Source: a virus
DNA: 32,352 nt
Virus genome (UHGV): UHGV-0176217
Direction: 5' to 3' (one strand)
The position numbers were made by a program, and so were the translations under genes. The notes under the pieces are model-generated. The model did not search any database. It was not told the origin of the DNA and saw only the letters and a program-made list of their open reading frames with translations. The number at the start of each line of letters is the position of its first letter. Position 1 is the stretch's first letter. Positions 8,570 to 18,374 of this stretch are shown here, in pieces.

Positions 8570-9577
8570 TTAAATAGAATATTTTTCAAATTGTATTACA
8601 TCTTCTTGAAGCCAGTCGTTAATCTCTTTGAAACGCTCCTGCAATGGCGTCAGCTCGTTACGCACAAACACCCGCGCCACCTTCTCAACGTCACCCATTG
8701 AGCCGATGTTTTCCGGCTTGCCGCCCATCAGCTGAAACGGCACGCGGTGCGCATCGAGCAGGTCAGCGGCACTGACCTTTTTGATGTTGAAAAAATCATC
8801 CTTCGTGGCGACTTCACTCAACGGCACAATCTTGATCCCGTCTGGCTTTCCGTTGGGCGCGTAGAAAAACAGGTTCTTAAAATTCCCCAGCCCTTTTGAG
8901 TCGCGCATCGCGTTACGGAGCGATTCAACGTCGGTGCTACTCTGTGCCGCGTCGGTGACATACATGATATACCCCGCGTGCGCCCCGTTCTGGTAATACT
9001 TACGACGAAATAACGTGGCGGATTCATTCAGCCAGGCTGAATTGAGTGCGCTCAGGTATTCCGGCATCCCGTAAAGTTCCTGATTGATATCGGGCTCAAG
9101 CAGATGACACACCGAGCCGGGCGCGAACGGGTGCGGCTGGGTGTAGCTCGATACGTACCAGTAAACGCCATCCTCGACACCCCGGCGGGTGTATTTGGCC
9201 GGGGAGGTTTCCAGTTTTAATAGCTGGCCGGTGACGCTCATGCGCTTCTCAAGATAGCCGTTGGCAAAGACCAGATAATCGAGCACAAGACGGCTGAAAT
9301 CCTGACGCGACAGCAACGGGTGCGGAATGTAGGTGCTCGCCAGAATGTTACGCTTCACGTAAATCGGCGAGCTGTGGTGAACGGCGGCGCGCAGGCTTTT
9401 TGCCAGTCCCGAGAAATTGACCGGCGGCTCGTACCATTTCCCGTTATTGATGCACTCGACATAGTCGAGGATGTCGCGGCGATCCAGAACGGGGGACGGC
9501 TCACCAAAGGTAAACGCCTCCATTTTTTGCGGTGCGCTGGCGGTCATTGTGGCGGGTTTCTTCTGTCGTTTTTTCAT
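8570..9577 (-). CDS. Q: Portal protein (P2 gpQ-like)
   Basis: 335 aa from ATG at 9577, directly after the P stop; first in P-Q leftward operon order. Confidence 0.85.
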   Translation of the reverse strand: MKKRQKKPATMTASAPQKMEAFTFGEPSPVLDRRDILDYVECINNGKWYEPPVNFSGLAKSLRAAVHHSSPIYVKRNILASTYIPHPLLSRQDFSRLVLDYLVFANGYLEKRMSVTGQLLKLETSPAKYTRRGVEDGVYWYVSSYTQPHPFAPGSVCHLLEPDINQELYGMPEYLSALNSAWLNESATLFRRKYYQNGAHAGYIMYVTDAAQSSTDVESLRNAMRDSKGLGNFKNLFFYAPNGKPDGIKIVPLSEVATKDDFFNIKKVSAADLLDAHRVPFQLMGGKPENIGSMGDVEKVARVFVRNELTPLQERFKEINDWLQEDVIQFEKYSI

Positions 9578-9578
9578 C

Positions 9579-11348
9579 TTAGTTAATATCCAGAATTGAG
9601 GTTGATTGCATGCCGCTACCGGCGGAAAGTGGCTCATTTAACAGGGCGTGCATGGTCGCCCACGCAATATCCGCGTGGCTGGCCTCTTCGCTGCGGCTGG
9701 CCTCATAGGTGGCACTGCGCCCGCTGCTGGTCATGGTTTTACGAATCGCCATAAACGACTGCGTGATGTCGGTTGCACCGGCGTCATATTCCAGACACCC
9801 ACGTCGGATGGTGTCTTTCGCTTTCAGCACCATCGCGGTTTTCATTTCCGGCGTGTAGCGAATGGCGCGGGCTGCCGGAAAGAAGGAGCGCACGAGCTGG
9901 TAAACCCCCTGGCCGATGCCGGTTGCATCGATGCCGATATACTCGACGCAATATTTCTCTGTCAGCTCGCGGATAGCCTCGGCCTGCGTTGCAAAATCCA
10001 TCCCTTTCCACTGGTGACGCTCAAGGATGCGGAACTTGCCACCGGCAACCAGCGGCGGAGCCAGTACCGCACAGCCAGCACTGTCGCCGGTGTGTGACGG
10101 GTCATAGCCAATCCAGACCGGGCGCCAGTTAAACGGACGGTCAGAGAACGGTGCAAAGTCTTCCCATTCTTCCATCGCATCGACCATGCAGCGCTGCAGC
10201 TCCTCGAACGGAAATACAGACGCTTTATCGTCGACGAACTCGCACATGAAGAGGTTGCGAAAGTCGTCGGCGCTGTTTTCCTGTTTCAGCTGATCCAGAT
10301 TAAACAGCGTACATCCTCCGGCGAGGGCGTCCTCGATGGTGACAATCTGCCGCCACTGTCCGTCCGGGCATAACACCCCACCGGCGAGCGCCTTGTGACT
10401 GATATCGATGTCGACGCGCTCACTCGCGCTGATGCGTCCCCGGTTAAACAGCTCACCTGACCAGAACGGATACGCACCGTGTGCCAGCGTTGAGGGTGTT
10501 GAAAAGTAGGTGGTGCGCAGGTGGGACTGTGACGCCATCCCCGACGCCACTTTGCGCAGCCTCTGAAAGTTGGGGATCCAGAAGATTTCATCGACATACA
10601 GGTCGCCGTTGTGGCTCTGCGCGGTGTTGGAGTTTGTCCCGAGGAAAATCAGCTCTGCGCCGTTATTGCCGATGACAATCGGGTCGCCTGACAGGTCGAC
10701 GTCGACCATGCGTGCAAAGGCGATGATGTACTTTCGGAACACGTAAGCCTGCGTCTTACTGGCGGATAAAAATATCTGGTTTTGCCCGGTTTTGAGGGCG
10801 CGCAGCAATGACTCGCGGGCAAAGTAAAATGTCGCGCCAATCTGGCGTGATTTGAGGATGTGGCGAATACGGTGCGCGATACCGGCCTTGTGCCAGTTGA
10901 GCTGATACTCAAAGGACTGGTCGAGGAAAATCTCTTCCAGCTTTTCGATGGCCTCATCGCTGAAAAAATTCCGTTTCGGCTTACGGCGATCGCCCTTATT
11001 ACGGCTGGCAATACTGGGGTTTAAATCCACCTCGTTTCCGGTCTGGCCGTAGCGGTTGATGCGCGCGAATCGCTCCATCTGGCGCGACAAAAAATCAGCG
11101 ACCTTGAAGTCATGCGGTGTCAGGTCAGGCTTTGCATACAGCTGAATCAGGCGCGCCTCGAGCGTCGTTTCCACGCGGTTAAGCGGGGCGGTTTCCTCCC
11201 ACCCGTCGCGCTGTTTCCAGCTCTGCACGGTCGGGCGCTTGACCTGCAGCGTGTCGGCGATTTGTGGCACGGAAAATCCCTGCCAGAACAACAGACGCGC
11301 CTGTCGTCGCGGGTCATGTAAAAGGGAGAGGTCAGTCGAAATGGTCAT
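9579..11348 (-). CDS. P: Terminase large subunit (P2 gpP-like)
   Basis: ATG at 11348 (MTISTDLSLL...) with GAGG RBS; the ORF-track start at 11378 is TTG; N-terminus matches P2 P as recalled. Confidence 0.9.
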   Translation of the reverse strand: MTISTDLSLLHDPRRQARLLFWQGFSVPQIADTLQVKRPTVQSWKQRDGWEETAPLNRVETTLEARLIQLYAKPDLTPHDFKVADFLSRQMERFARINRYGQTGNEVDLNPSIASRNKGDRRKPKRNFFSDEAIEKLEEIFLDQSFEYQLNWHKAGIAHRIRHILKSRQIGATFYFARESLLRALKTGQNQIFLSASKTQAYVFRKYIIAFARMVDVDLSGDPIVIGNNGAELIFLGTNSNTAQSHNGDLYVDEIFWIPNFQRLRKVASGMASQSHLRTTYFSTPSTLAHGAYPFWSGELFNRGRISASERVDIDISHKALAGGVLCPDGQWRQIVTIEDALAGGCTLFNLDQLKQENSADDFRNLFMCEFVDDKASVFPFEELQRCMVDAMEEWEDFAPFSDRPFNWRPVWIGYDPSHTGDSAGCAVLAPPLVAGGKFRILERHQWKGMDFATQAEAIRELTEKYCVEYIGIDATGIGQGVYQLVRSFFPAARAIRYTPEMKTAMVLKAKDTIRRGCLEYDAGATDITQSFMAIRKTMTSSGRSATYEASRSEEASHADIAWATMHALLNEPLSAGSGMQSTSILDIN

Positions 11349-11410
11349 GGTTGCCTCGTGTCGGTGAATACGGGACAAGGCTAAGGAAATAGCCGGGCAT
11401 TATCGCTAAC

Positions 11411-11433
11411 CCCCTGTTGTGTCAGGGGTTGCA
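11411..11433. promoter_or_regulatory. Candidate Ogr-dependent late promoter element in the divergent P/O region
   Basis: Dyad CCCCTG-ttgtgt-CAGGGG containing GTTGTGTCAG, ~100 bp upstream of O; the same 10-mer recurs upstream of FI. Confidence 0.35.
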
Positions 11434-11514
11434 CTTCCGCAAGCGGTGGCTGATGCGGGGCGGAGTCGGGAAACTACCCCCGAACCGAAAACCTAACATC
11501 AGGACACCTGAACA

Positions 11515-12369
11515 ATGGCAAAGAAAGTTTCTAAATGGTTTCGCATCGGCGTCGAAGGTGACACCTGCGATGGCCGTGTCATCAGCGGTGATGACATTCA
11601 GGAAATGGCGGATTCCTTCGACCCGCGCGTCTACGGTTGCCGCATTAACCTCGAACATATCAAAAGCCTCTGGCCTGACAGTCCGTTTAAGCGTTATGGC
11701 GACGTGACCGAAGTCAAAGCGGAAATCATCAGCGATGACTCTGCGCTGAACGGTAAAAAGGCGCTGTTTGCCAGAATCGCCCCGCTTGATGAGCTGGTCA
11801 GCATGGTGCGCGCCGGTCAGAAGGTTTACACTTCGATGGAAATTCGCCCGAATTTCTCCAACAGCGGCAAATGCTACCTGATTGGCCTCGCCGTCACGGA
11901 TGACCCGGCAAGCCTCGGCACCGAATACCTGGAATTCTGCAGCCGCGCCAGCCAGAACCCGCTCGCCGGTAAAAAAGACCAGCCGGGCGATCACTTCTCG
12001 GTGGCTTCCCTTGCTGAGCTGGAATTCGAGGACGTCCCCGATACCATGCTCAACAGCCTGACCGACAAGGTCAAAGCCATTTTCAACCGTAAACAGGCCA
12101 GTGACGATGCGCGCTTTGCCGATGTGCATGAAGCGGTGACGGCGGTCTCTGAGCAGGTGCAAACCAACCTGACCGCCACTGAAACGCGCGTCACCGAACT
12201 CGAAACCGCGTTTGCGCAGTTTAAGCAGGATGTGACCCGCCAGACCGAAGAAAACGCGCAGGCGTTTACCTCGCTGAAACGTTCCCTCGATAACACCGAA
12301 AGCCATCGCCAGCCGCGCCGCGAGAAATCGAAAGGCGGAACGGGCGACGAGCTGCTGACCAACTGCTGA
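11515..12369 (+). CDS. O: Capsid scaffolding protein (P2 gpO-like)
   Basis: 284 aa, same length as P2 O; position between P and N. Confidence 0.85.
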   Translation: MAKKVSKWFRIGVEGDTCDGRVISGDDIQEMADSFDPRVYGCRINLEHIKSLWPDSPFKRYGDVTEVKAEIISDDSALNGKKALFARIAPLDELVSMVRAGQKVYTSMEIRPNFSNSGKCYLIGLAVTDDPASLGTEYLEFCSRASQNPLAGKKDQPGDHFSVASLAELEFEDVPDTMLNSLTDKVKAIFNRKQASDDARFADVHEAVTAVSEQVQTNLTATETRVTELETAFAQFKQDVTRQTEENAQAFTSLKRSLDNTESHRQPRREKSKGGTGDELLTNC

Positions 12370-12429
12370 TAACCCGCCGGGTGCGTGTCACCCGGCCTGA
12401 TGCCCTTTTTTAGAAAAACAGGAATAACA

Positions 12430-13497
12430 ATGCGTAAAGATACCCGCTTTAAATTTAATGCTTACCTGTCCCGCGTGGCGGAGCTGAACGGCGTCGACAC
12501 CGACGATGTGGCAAAGAAATTCACCGTTGAGCCGTCCGTGACGCAAACCCTGATGACCACCCTGCAGGCGTCATCCGCGTTTCTGACCAAAGTGAACATC
12601 GTGCCGGTCGACGAGCTGAAAGGCGAAAAAGTCGGGGTGGGCGTCAACGGTACGATTGCCAGCACCACCGATACCGCCGCTGATGATGAGCGTAAGACCG
12701 CAGACTTCACCGCGCTCGAATCCAACAAATACGAATGTGCGCAAATCAACTTCGATTTCCACATCCGTTACAAACAGCTCGACCTGTGGTCGCGATTCCA
12801 GGACTTTCAGACCCGTATCCGTGACGCGATTATCAAGCGACAGTCGCTCGATTTCATCATGGCCGGTTTCAACGGTATCACCCGGGCGGAGACTTCAAAC
12901 CGTAAAAACAATCCGATGCTGCAGGATGTGGCGGTGGGCTGGCTGCAGAAGTACCGCAATGAAGCTGCCGCGCGCGTGATGTCAAAAATCACCGACGAAG
13001 ACGGCAAGATTATTTCCGATGTGATCCGCGTGGGTAAAAACGGTGACTATGAAAACCTCGATGCGCTGGTCATGGATGCGACCACCAACCTGATTGATGA
13101 GATTTATCAGGATGACCCGGAGCTCGTCGTTATCACTGGCCGTAAGCTGATGGCGGATAAATATTTCCCGCTTGTCAACAAGGCACAGGAAAACAGCGAA
13201 ACGCTGGCCGCTGACATCATCATCAGCCAGAAGCGGATCGGCAACCTCCCCGCCGTGCGTGTGCCGTACTTCCCGGCGAATGCCCTGATGGTGACGCGTC
13301 TCGATAACCTGTCGATTTACTTCATGGATGACGCACACCGCCGCGCCATCATTGAAGAGCCGAAAAAAGACCGTATCGAAAACTACGAGTCAATGAATAT
13401 TGACTATGTGATCGAGGCTTACGCGGCCGGTTGCCTGATTGAGAACATCAATTTAGGTGACTTCACCGCACCTGCCGCCCCGGAAAGCGGAGAGTAA
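12430..13497 (+). CDS. N: Major capsid protein (P2 gpN-like)
   Basis: 355 aa from MRKDTRFKFNAYLSRVAELNG...; closely matches P2 N from memory; AGGA RBS. Confidence 0.9.
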   Translation: MRKDTRFKFNAYLSRVAELNGVDTDDVAKKFTVEPSVTQTLMTTLQASSAFLTKVNIVPVDELKGEKVGVGVNGTIASTTDTAADDERKTADFTALESNKYECAQINFDFHIRYKQLDLWSRFQDFQTRIRDAIIKRQSLDFIMAGFNGITRAETSNRKNNPMLQDVAVGWLQKYRNEAAARVMSKITDEDGKIISDVIRVGKNGDYENLDALVMDATTNLIDEIYQDDPELVVITGRKLMADKYFPLVNKAQENSETLAADIIISQKRIGNLPAVRVPYFPANALMVTRLDNLSIYFMDDAHRRAIIEEPKKDRIENYESMNIDYVIEAYAAGCLIENINLGDFTAPAAPESGE

Positions 13498-13500
13498 GCC

Positions 13501-14253
13501 ATGACGAGTCCCGCAGCGCGTCACATGATGCGGGTCTCGGCCTCTGAAACTGCGCGGCGGGCTGCTGCTCCGCTGCGCAATGCAACTGCCTATGAGCAGA
13601 TGCTCGTCAAGCTGGCCGCAGACTGTCGCACGTTAAAACAAATCCGTTCCAATGAGCGCAAGGCAGACAAAAAGCGTGAGCTGCTACCGTTTTATCTGCC
13701 GTGGGTGGGTGGCGTTCTCAGCTCCGGCAAAGGGGCGCAGGATGACATTGTCATGACCGTCATGCTCTGGCGTCTTGATGCTGATGACATTGCCGGTGCG
13801 CTGGAAATCGCCCGCTACGCGATGACGTATGGCCTGACCATGCCGACCGGCGGCCACCGCCGCACAACGCACTATCTGCTGGCCGAAGAGGTCGCCCTGT
13901 CAGCGCAGCGCCTGCTTGATGCAAAACAGCCTGTCGGGCTGTCGCTCCTGCTCGACACCATCGCACTGACCGAACGCGCAGATATGCCCGATATCGTGCG
14001 CGCGAAGCTGCACAAAATCACCGGCTACGTGCTGCGTGATGCTGGCAACCTGACTGACGCGCTGGCGCACCTGCAGCGAGCGATCCAGTTAGAGCGGGCT
14101 ATCGGTGTGAAAAAGGATATTGAGCAGCTTGAACGCGCGCTGAAACCCAAACCAGAACCCGCACCCAAACAGAATAAACCGCGCCCGCGCCGTGCCGCTA
14201 AACCGGCGGCACGGCGCGGGCGTCCCCCGAAAGCGGCAAAAGCCGCAGGTTAA
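13501..14253 (+). CDS. M: Terminase small subunit (P2 gpM-like)
   Basis: 250 aa; basic C-terminal tail; position after N. Confidence 0.8.
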   Translation: MTSPAARHMMRVSASETARRAAAPLRNATAYEQMLVKLAADCRTLKQIRSNERKADKKRELLPFYLPWVGGVLSSGKGAQDDIVMTVMLWRLDADDIAGALEIARYAMTYGLTMPTGGHRRTTHYLLAEEVALSAQRLLDAKQPVGLSLLLDTIALTERADMPDIVRAKLHKITGYVLRDAGNLTDALAHLQRAIQLERAIGVKKDIEQLERALKPKPEPAPKQNKPRPRRAAKPAARRGRPPKAAKAAG

Positions 14254-14350
14254 CCGAGCACTCCCCGAGCCGGGCGGCACGCCGGTCAATGTCGGTGATT
14301 CACCGCAACTGCGACCGGCGTCCACCGCCCACCCATTACCCGAGGTTGTC

Positions 14351-14857
14351 ATGACGACAGTGATTATTGAGCCAAAAAAAGAGCCGCAGGACGTGCCGGG
14401 CGTGGTGATACCGCCACCGGGCGTGAGCGAGCCGGTAATTAAAAACACCTTCTTTTTTCCTGATGTTGATCCGAAGCGCGTGCGTGAGCTGATGCGTCTG
14501 GAGCAGACCGTTTCCCCGCTGCGCCTGAATGATGCGATTAAAGCCGGTATGGCCGAAACCAATGCAGAGCTTGCCCTGTGGCGGGTTGACCAGATGGCCG
14601 CAGGTTATCAGACGCTGGCAGATGTGCCTGCCGATGATATCGACGGTGAAAGCGTGCGCTGTTTCCACTATTTCCGCGCCGTCTGCGCCATGACCAGTGC
14701 AACGCTGTTTGAACGCTATCGCGGCATCGATGCGACGGCAAAAGGCGACCGCAAGGCGGAAAGCACCGAGGCGGTTATCGATGAACTGTGGCGGGATATG
14801 CGCTGGTCTGTGGCGCGTATTCAGGACAAGCCGCGCTGTATTGTCGGGCAAATCTGA
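14351..14857 (+). CDS. L: Head completion / stabilisation protein (P2 gpL-like)
   Basis: 168 aa from ATG at 14351 with GAGG RBS; stop overlaps the X start. Confidence 0.8.
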   Translation: MTTVIIEPKKEPQDVPGVVIPPPGVSEPVIKNTFFFPDVDPKRVRELMRLEQTVSPLRLNDAIKAGMAETNAELALWRVDQMAAGYQTLADVPADDIDGESVRCFHYFRAVCAMTSATLFERYRGIDATAKGDRKAESTEAVIDELWRDMRWSVARIQDKPRCIVGQI

Positions 14858-15060
14858 TGAAGGTTTACGCGATGCAGGGTGACACCCTCGATGCGATTTG
14901 TGCCCGGTATTACGGGCGCACTGAGGGCGTCGTTGAAACGGTGCTGCAGGCGAATCCGGGGCTGTCAGCGCTGGGCGTGATTCTGCCGCACGGCACGGCC
15001 ATTGAACTGCCCGAAACCGACAGCGCCCCGAAAACCGAAACGGTGAATCTATGGGACTGA
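14857..15060 (+). CDS. X: Tail protein X (P2 gpX-like)
   Basis: 67 aa; MK.YA.QGDTLDAIC.RYYGRTEGVVETVL.ANPGL...LPHGTA.ELP...AP..ETVNLW matches P2 X as recalled. Confidence 0.85.
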   Translation: MKVYAMQGDTLDAICARYYGRTEGVVETVLQANPGLSALGVILPHGTAIELPETDSAPKTETVNLWD

Positions 15061-15272
15061 GTGTGGAAAAAATCACGACGTTTATCGCTTACTGGCTGGC
15101 CGTGGGGCTGGCGTATTTCGGGGCGATGTCCCCTGAAAAGCTGGCGCTGTATGTGGGGAGTGCCTGCGCCATTTTTACCGCACTGACGAACTACTGGTTT
15201 AAGCGCAAAACCTTTCGCTATCTGAAATCACTCGGACTCGATAAGGGGGCGATACGTGAGCTCAATCATTAA
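15051..15272 (+). CDS. Holin (small two-TM membrane protein)
   Basis: 73 aa; two hydrophobic segments then basic C-terminus; immediately upstream of the endolysin. Confidence 0.6.
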   Translation: MGLSVEKITTFIAYWLAVGLAYFGAMSPEKLALYVGSACAIFTALTNYWFKRKTFRYLKSLGLDKGAIRELNH

Positions 15273-15765
15273 ACGCTGCAGTGTGGCCGCCGTGCTGGCG
15301 CTGGCGGCACTGGTGCCTGACTTTCGTCTGCTTAACACCTCGCCCGAGGGGCTGGCGCTGATTGCTGACCTCGAAGGGTGTCGCCTGACGCCTTACCAGT
15401 GCAGCGCGGGAGTGTGGACGTCGGGCATTGGTCACACTGCCGGTGTCGTCCCGAAAGGGGATATTACCGAACAGCGCGCGGCGGAAAACCTCGTTGCGGA
15501 TGTGCTCAACGTTGAGCAACGGCTCGCGGTCTGTGTGCCGGTGGATATGCCACCGCGCGTCTATGACACGCTGGTCAGTTTTGCCTTTAACGTGGGAACC
15601 GGCGCGGCCTGCCGTTCGACGCTGGTCTCGTATATCAAACGCCATCAGTGGTGGCAGGCGTGCGACCAGCTCACCCGCTGGGTGTATGTGAAGGGTGTCC
15701 GAAACCGGGGGCTGGAAAACCGACGCGATCGGGAGTGGGCTTACTGCGTGAAGGGGATGCAATGA
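15256..15765 (+). CDS. K: SAR-type endolysin (GH24 lysozyme-like)
   Basis: GTG start preceded by AAGGGGG RBS; N-terminal Ala/Leu-rich signal-anchor-release segment; LEG...PY..SAGVWT.GIGHT and F.FNVG.G....STL catalytic-domain motifs. Confidence 0.85.
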   Translation: MSSIIKRCSVAAVLALAALVPDFRLLNTSPEGLALIADLEGCRLTPYQCSAGVWTSGIGHTAGVVPKGDITEQRAAENLVADVLNVEQRLAVCVPVDMPPRVYDTLVSFAFNVGTGAACRSTLVSYIKRHQWWQACDQLTRWVYVKGVRNRGLENRRDREWAYCVKGMQ

Positions 15766-16187
15766 AAGTGCTGATTATTCTGCTGGCCGGGCTGCTCGCC
15801 GTGGTGCTGTGGCTGCGTCATGACAACGCAAATTTATCCCGATCATTCGAAAAAGCGAACAGGGTCGCCAGCGAGCAAAAGACGACGATTGGCATGCTGA
15901 AAAATCAGTTTGCCGTATCGCAGCGAATCGCCAGGACGAATGAAGCTGCGCAGGTCAGGCTCAGTGACGAGCTGAACGCCGCCGGTGAGCTGGCGGCAAG
16001 GCGCGAACAAACCATAACGAGGCTGATGAATGAAAACGAGGATTTGCGCCGCTGGTATAGCGCTGATTTGCCTGATGCTGTGCGCCGGTTGCACACCCGC
16101 ACCGGCTGCGTCTCCGCCGGTCATTGTTTACAACGCCTGCCCGAAGGTGAGCCTCTGCCCGATGCCGGGAAGCGAGCCCACGACTAA
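15762..16187 (+). CDS. lysB: i-spanin (Rz-like, P2 LysB-like)
   Basis: N-terminal TM (MKVLIILLAGLLAVVLWL) then coiled-coil-like region; start overlaps the K stop. Confidence 0.75.
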   Translation: MKVLIILLAGLLAVVLWLRHDNANLSRSFEKANRVASEQKTTIGMLKNQFAVSQRIARTNEAAQVRLSDELNAAGELAARREQTITRLMNENEDLRRWYSADLPDAVRRLHTRTGCVSAGHCLQRLPEGEPLPDAGKRAHD

Positions 16188-16320
16188 CGGCGACCTGAGT
16201 GCCGATATTCGCAGGCTTGAGCACGCGCTCACCGCCTGCGCGATAAAGGTCGAAACCATCAAAGACTGCCAGGATAAAATCGATGCAGAAAATGAAAAGC
16301 CTGCGCCAGGCACTCACTGA
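16030..16320 (+). CDS. lysC: o-spanin (Rz1-like lipoprotein, P2 LysC-like) embedded out of frame in lysB
   Basis: Signal peptide with lipobox-like LCAGC; Pro-rich mature part; nested in the +1 frame of lysB. Confidence 0.65.
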   Translation: MKTRICAAGIALICLMLCAGCTPAPAASPPVIVYNACPKVSLCPMPGSEPTTNGDLSADIRRLEHALTACAIKVETIKDCQDKIDAENEKPAPGTH

Positions 16321-16750
16321 CGCCGTACCACAGCTAAAAAACAACCCCGAAATGATGCGTATCTTTGCCGATGAGGGAAATATCGATGCGCGTCTCGCGG
16401 CCTCGCTGTCGCACGAAAAGAACTACACCCTGAATGTGATCGTCTGCGATTTTGTTGGCGACCCTGACCTGATTTTTGTGCCGGTGGCGGCATGGCTGCG
16501 AGAGAACCAGCCGGATATCTGCACGCTGGATGAGGGGCGCAAAAAGGGCTATCGATTCCAGATGGATTTAAACGACGGGGATAATGTTGATATCAGTATC
16601 AGCCTGCAACTGACCGAGCGCACCCTCGTCAGGGACGAAAACGGCGCGCTGCACGTTAGCTACGCGCCTGAGCCTCCATTACCCGAGCCGATGACGCGAC
16701 CGACTGAGCTGTATATCAATGGTGAGCTGGTGAGCAAATGGGATGAATGA
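16283..16750 (+). CDS. R: Tail completion protein R (P2 gpR-like)
   Basis: 155 aa; ...LNVIV.DF.GD.DL..VPV.AWLRENQPDI.T.DEG.KKG...PTELYINGELVSKWDE matches P2 R as recalled. Confidence 0.8.
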   Translation: MQKMKSLRQALTDAVPQLKNNPEMMRIFADEGNIDARLAASLSHEKNYTLNVIVCDFVGDPDLIFVPVAAWLRENQPDICTLDEGRKKGYRFQMDLNDGDNVDISISLQLTERTLVRDENGALHVSYAPEPPLPEPMTRPTELYINGELVSKWDE

Positions 16751-17189
16751 ATTTAAACCTTTTGATGACAAACTGGCGGGACTGATTGCGGCAATATCAC
16801 CGGCGGGTCGGCGCAAGCTGGCCGCTGAAATAGCAAAGCAAATGCGCAGATCGCAACAGCAACGCATCAAACAGCAAAAAGCGCCTGATGGCACGCCGTA
16901 TCAGGCGCGAAAACGCCAGCCGCTCAGAGCGAAGAAAGGGCGTATTAAGCGGACGATGTTTCAGAAGTTGCGAACGAACCGCTACATGAAAGCCAGAGGC
17001 CGCGATGATGCAGCGGTGGTCGAGTTTACCGGCAAGGTGCAACGCATTGCTCAGATTCATCAGCTCGGACTTAAAGACCGGCCAAACCCACATGCTCAGG
17101 ACGTGCAATACCCAGAACGGCAGTTGCTTGGTGTTGACTTTAGAGACAATTTGTTGATTGAAAAATTGGTTATTGAACATCTAAATTGA
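16743..17189 (+). CDS. S: Tail completion protein S (P2 gpS-like)
   Basis: 148 aa; start overlaps the R stop. Confidence 0.8.
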   Translation: MNEFKPFDDKLAGLIAAISPAGRRKLAAEIAKQMRRSQQQRIKQQKAPDGTPYQARKRQPLRAKKGRIKRTMFQKLRTNRYMKARGRDDAAVVEFTGKVQRIAQIHQLGLKDRPNPHAQDVQYPERQLLGVDFRDNLLIEKLVIEHLN

Positions 17190-17238
17190 CTATTTACGGT
17201 TGCAAGTCTCATAAGACGAATCCTAGCTTACCGACCTT

Positions 17239-17267
17239 TTGACCTTAATCATAAAAAATGGTAAATA
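17239..17267 (+). promoter_or_regulatory. Sigma70-like promoter of the DUF262/HEPN moron
   Basis: TTGACC (17239-17244), 17-nt spacer, TAAATA (17262-17267), ~60 bp upstream of the ATG at 17325. Confidence 0.45.
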
Positions 17268-17324
17268 TTGTTGTTGTCTGCTACCTCGTTGATTTTTTAA
17301 GCTTTTACTTACAAGGATTGAAGC

Positions 17325-18374
17325 ATGTCTAACGATGATAAAACATTGAATTTATTCCCCATAGATTATCCATTTGAGACTTTATGTTCTAGGATGAAGT
17401 CCAATCCCATCAAACTAAAACTGAATCCAGACTTTCAAAGAAAGTACAAATGGGATCAGGACGGATGGCTGCGATCTTCAAAATTCATTGAATCTTGTTT
17501 AATGCGTATTCCTCTTCCATCTTGTTACTTTGCAGAAGATGATAGCGGCAATCATATTGTAATTGATGGTGTTCAGCGATTAACCACAATACAGAAATTT
17601 TTTGATGACGAGTTCGCTTTGGAGGGAATGACTACATTTAAAGAGCTTGAAGGGAAAAAGTTTTCTGAATTAGGATCTCTACGTTCAGAGTTAGAGTCGA
17701 CAACAATAAGATGCATTGTTCTAAGAAAAGAAAATCCCAAAAAATTAATAAGAGAGATATTTTCTAGACTCAATCAGGGGGCAGTTAAACTTTCTGACCA
17801 AGAAATAAGACATGCGTTATATCCGGGAGGGTTTGATGAATTATTAGAAGAGTTAGGTAATATTGATGCCATTAAAAATTTTGGTTTGGCGGAAACAACT
17901 ACAGTAAAAAGAGATAGTCGTGAGCCAGACGAACAAGTTTTGCGTTTTTTTGCATTTTATGAAGATAACTTTTTTGATTACTTTGATAGCTCCTTGAAAG
18001 AATTCTTGGATGATCATATGGAAAAATTTTCAGACTTAAAAGATGATGAACTGAATATTATGAGGGAGAGATTCAAAACATCATTATCTAAGTGTGAAAA
18101 AATATTTGGTGAAGATGTATTTACAAACCCTACAGTTAGGAGAAAACGTAAAGGGTTAGTTCATTATGACATTTTAATGCCTACAATTGGCAAGTTAAAT
18201 GATGATATTGTAAATGAAAAGTCCGAACAAATACGGAATGCTTGGTTTACTCTTTGTTCAAGTGCTGAGTTCAAAAAAACTTTATCAGGTGGGCTACAGA
18301 ATAAGAGTTCGGTGATGAAGCGTAGGGCTAGTTGGGTGGCACTTCTTAAGGAAGTTATTGATGGAAAATACTGA
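17325..18374 (+). CDS. DUF262 (ParB-like NTPase/nuclease domain) protein lacking a fused C-terminal HNH/DUF1524 domain
   Basis: DUF262 signature ...NPDFQRKYKW.......FIESCLMRIPLPS.YFAED..G.HIVIDGVQRLTTIQKFF; AAGGA RBS; strongly AT-rich. Confidence 0.8.
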   Translation: MSNDDKTLNLFPIDYPFETLCSRMKSNPIKLKLNPDFQRKYKWDQDGWLRSSKFIESCLMRIPLPSCYFAEDDSGNHIVIDGVQRLTTIQKFFDDEFALEGMTTFKELEGKKFSELGSLRSELESTTIRCIVLRKENPKKLIREIFSRLNQGAVKLSDQEIRHALYPGGFDELLEELGNIDAIKNFGLAETTTVKRDSREPDEQVLRFFAFYEDNFFDYFDSSLKEFLDDHMEKFSDLKDDELNIMRERFKTSLSKCEKIFGEDVFTNPTVRRKRKGLVHYDILMPTIGKLNDDIVNEKSEQIRNAWFTLCSSAEFKKTLSGGLQNKSSVMKRRASWVALLKEVIDGKY

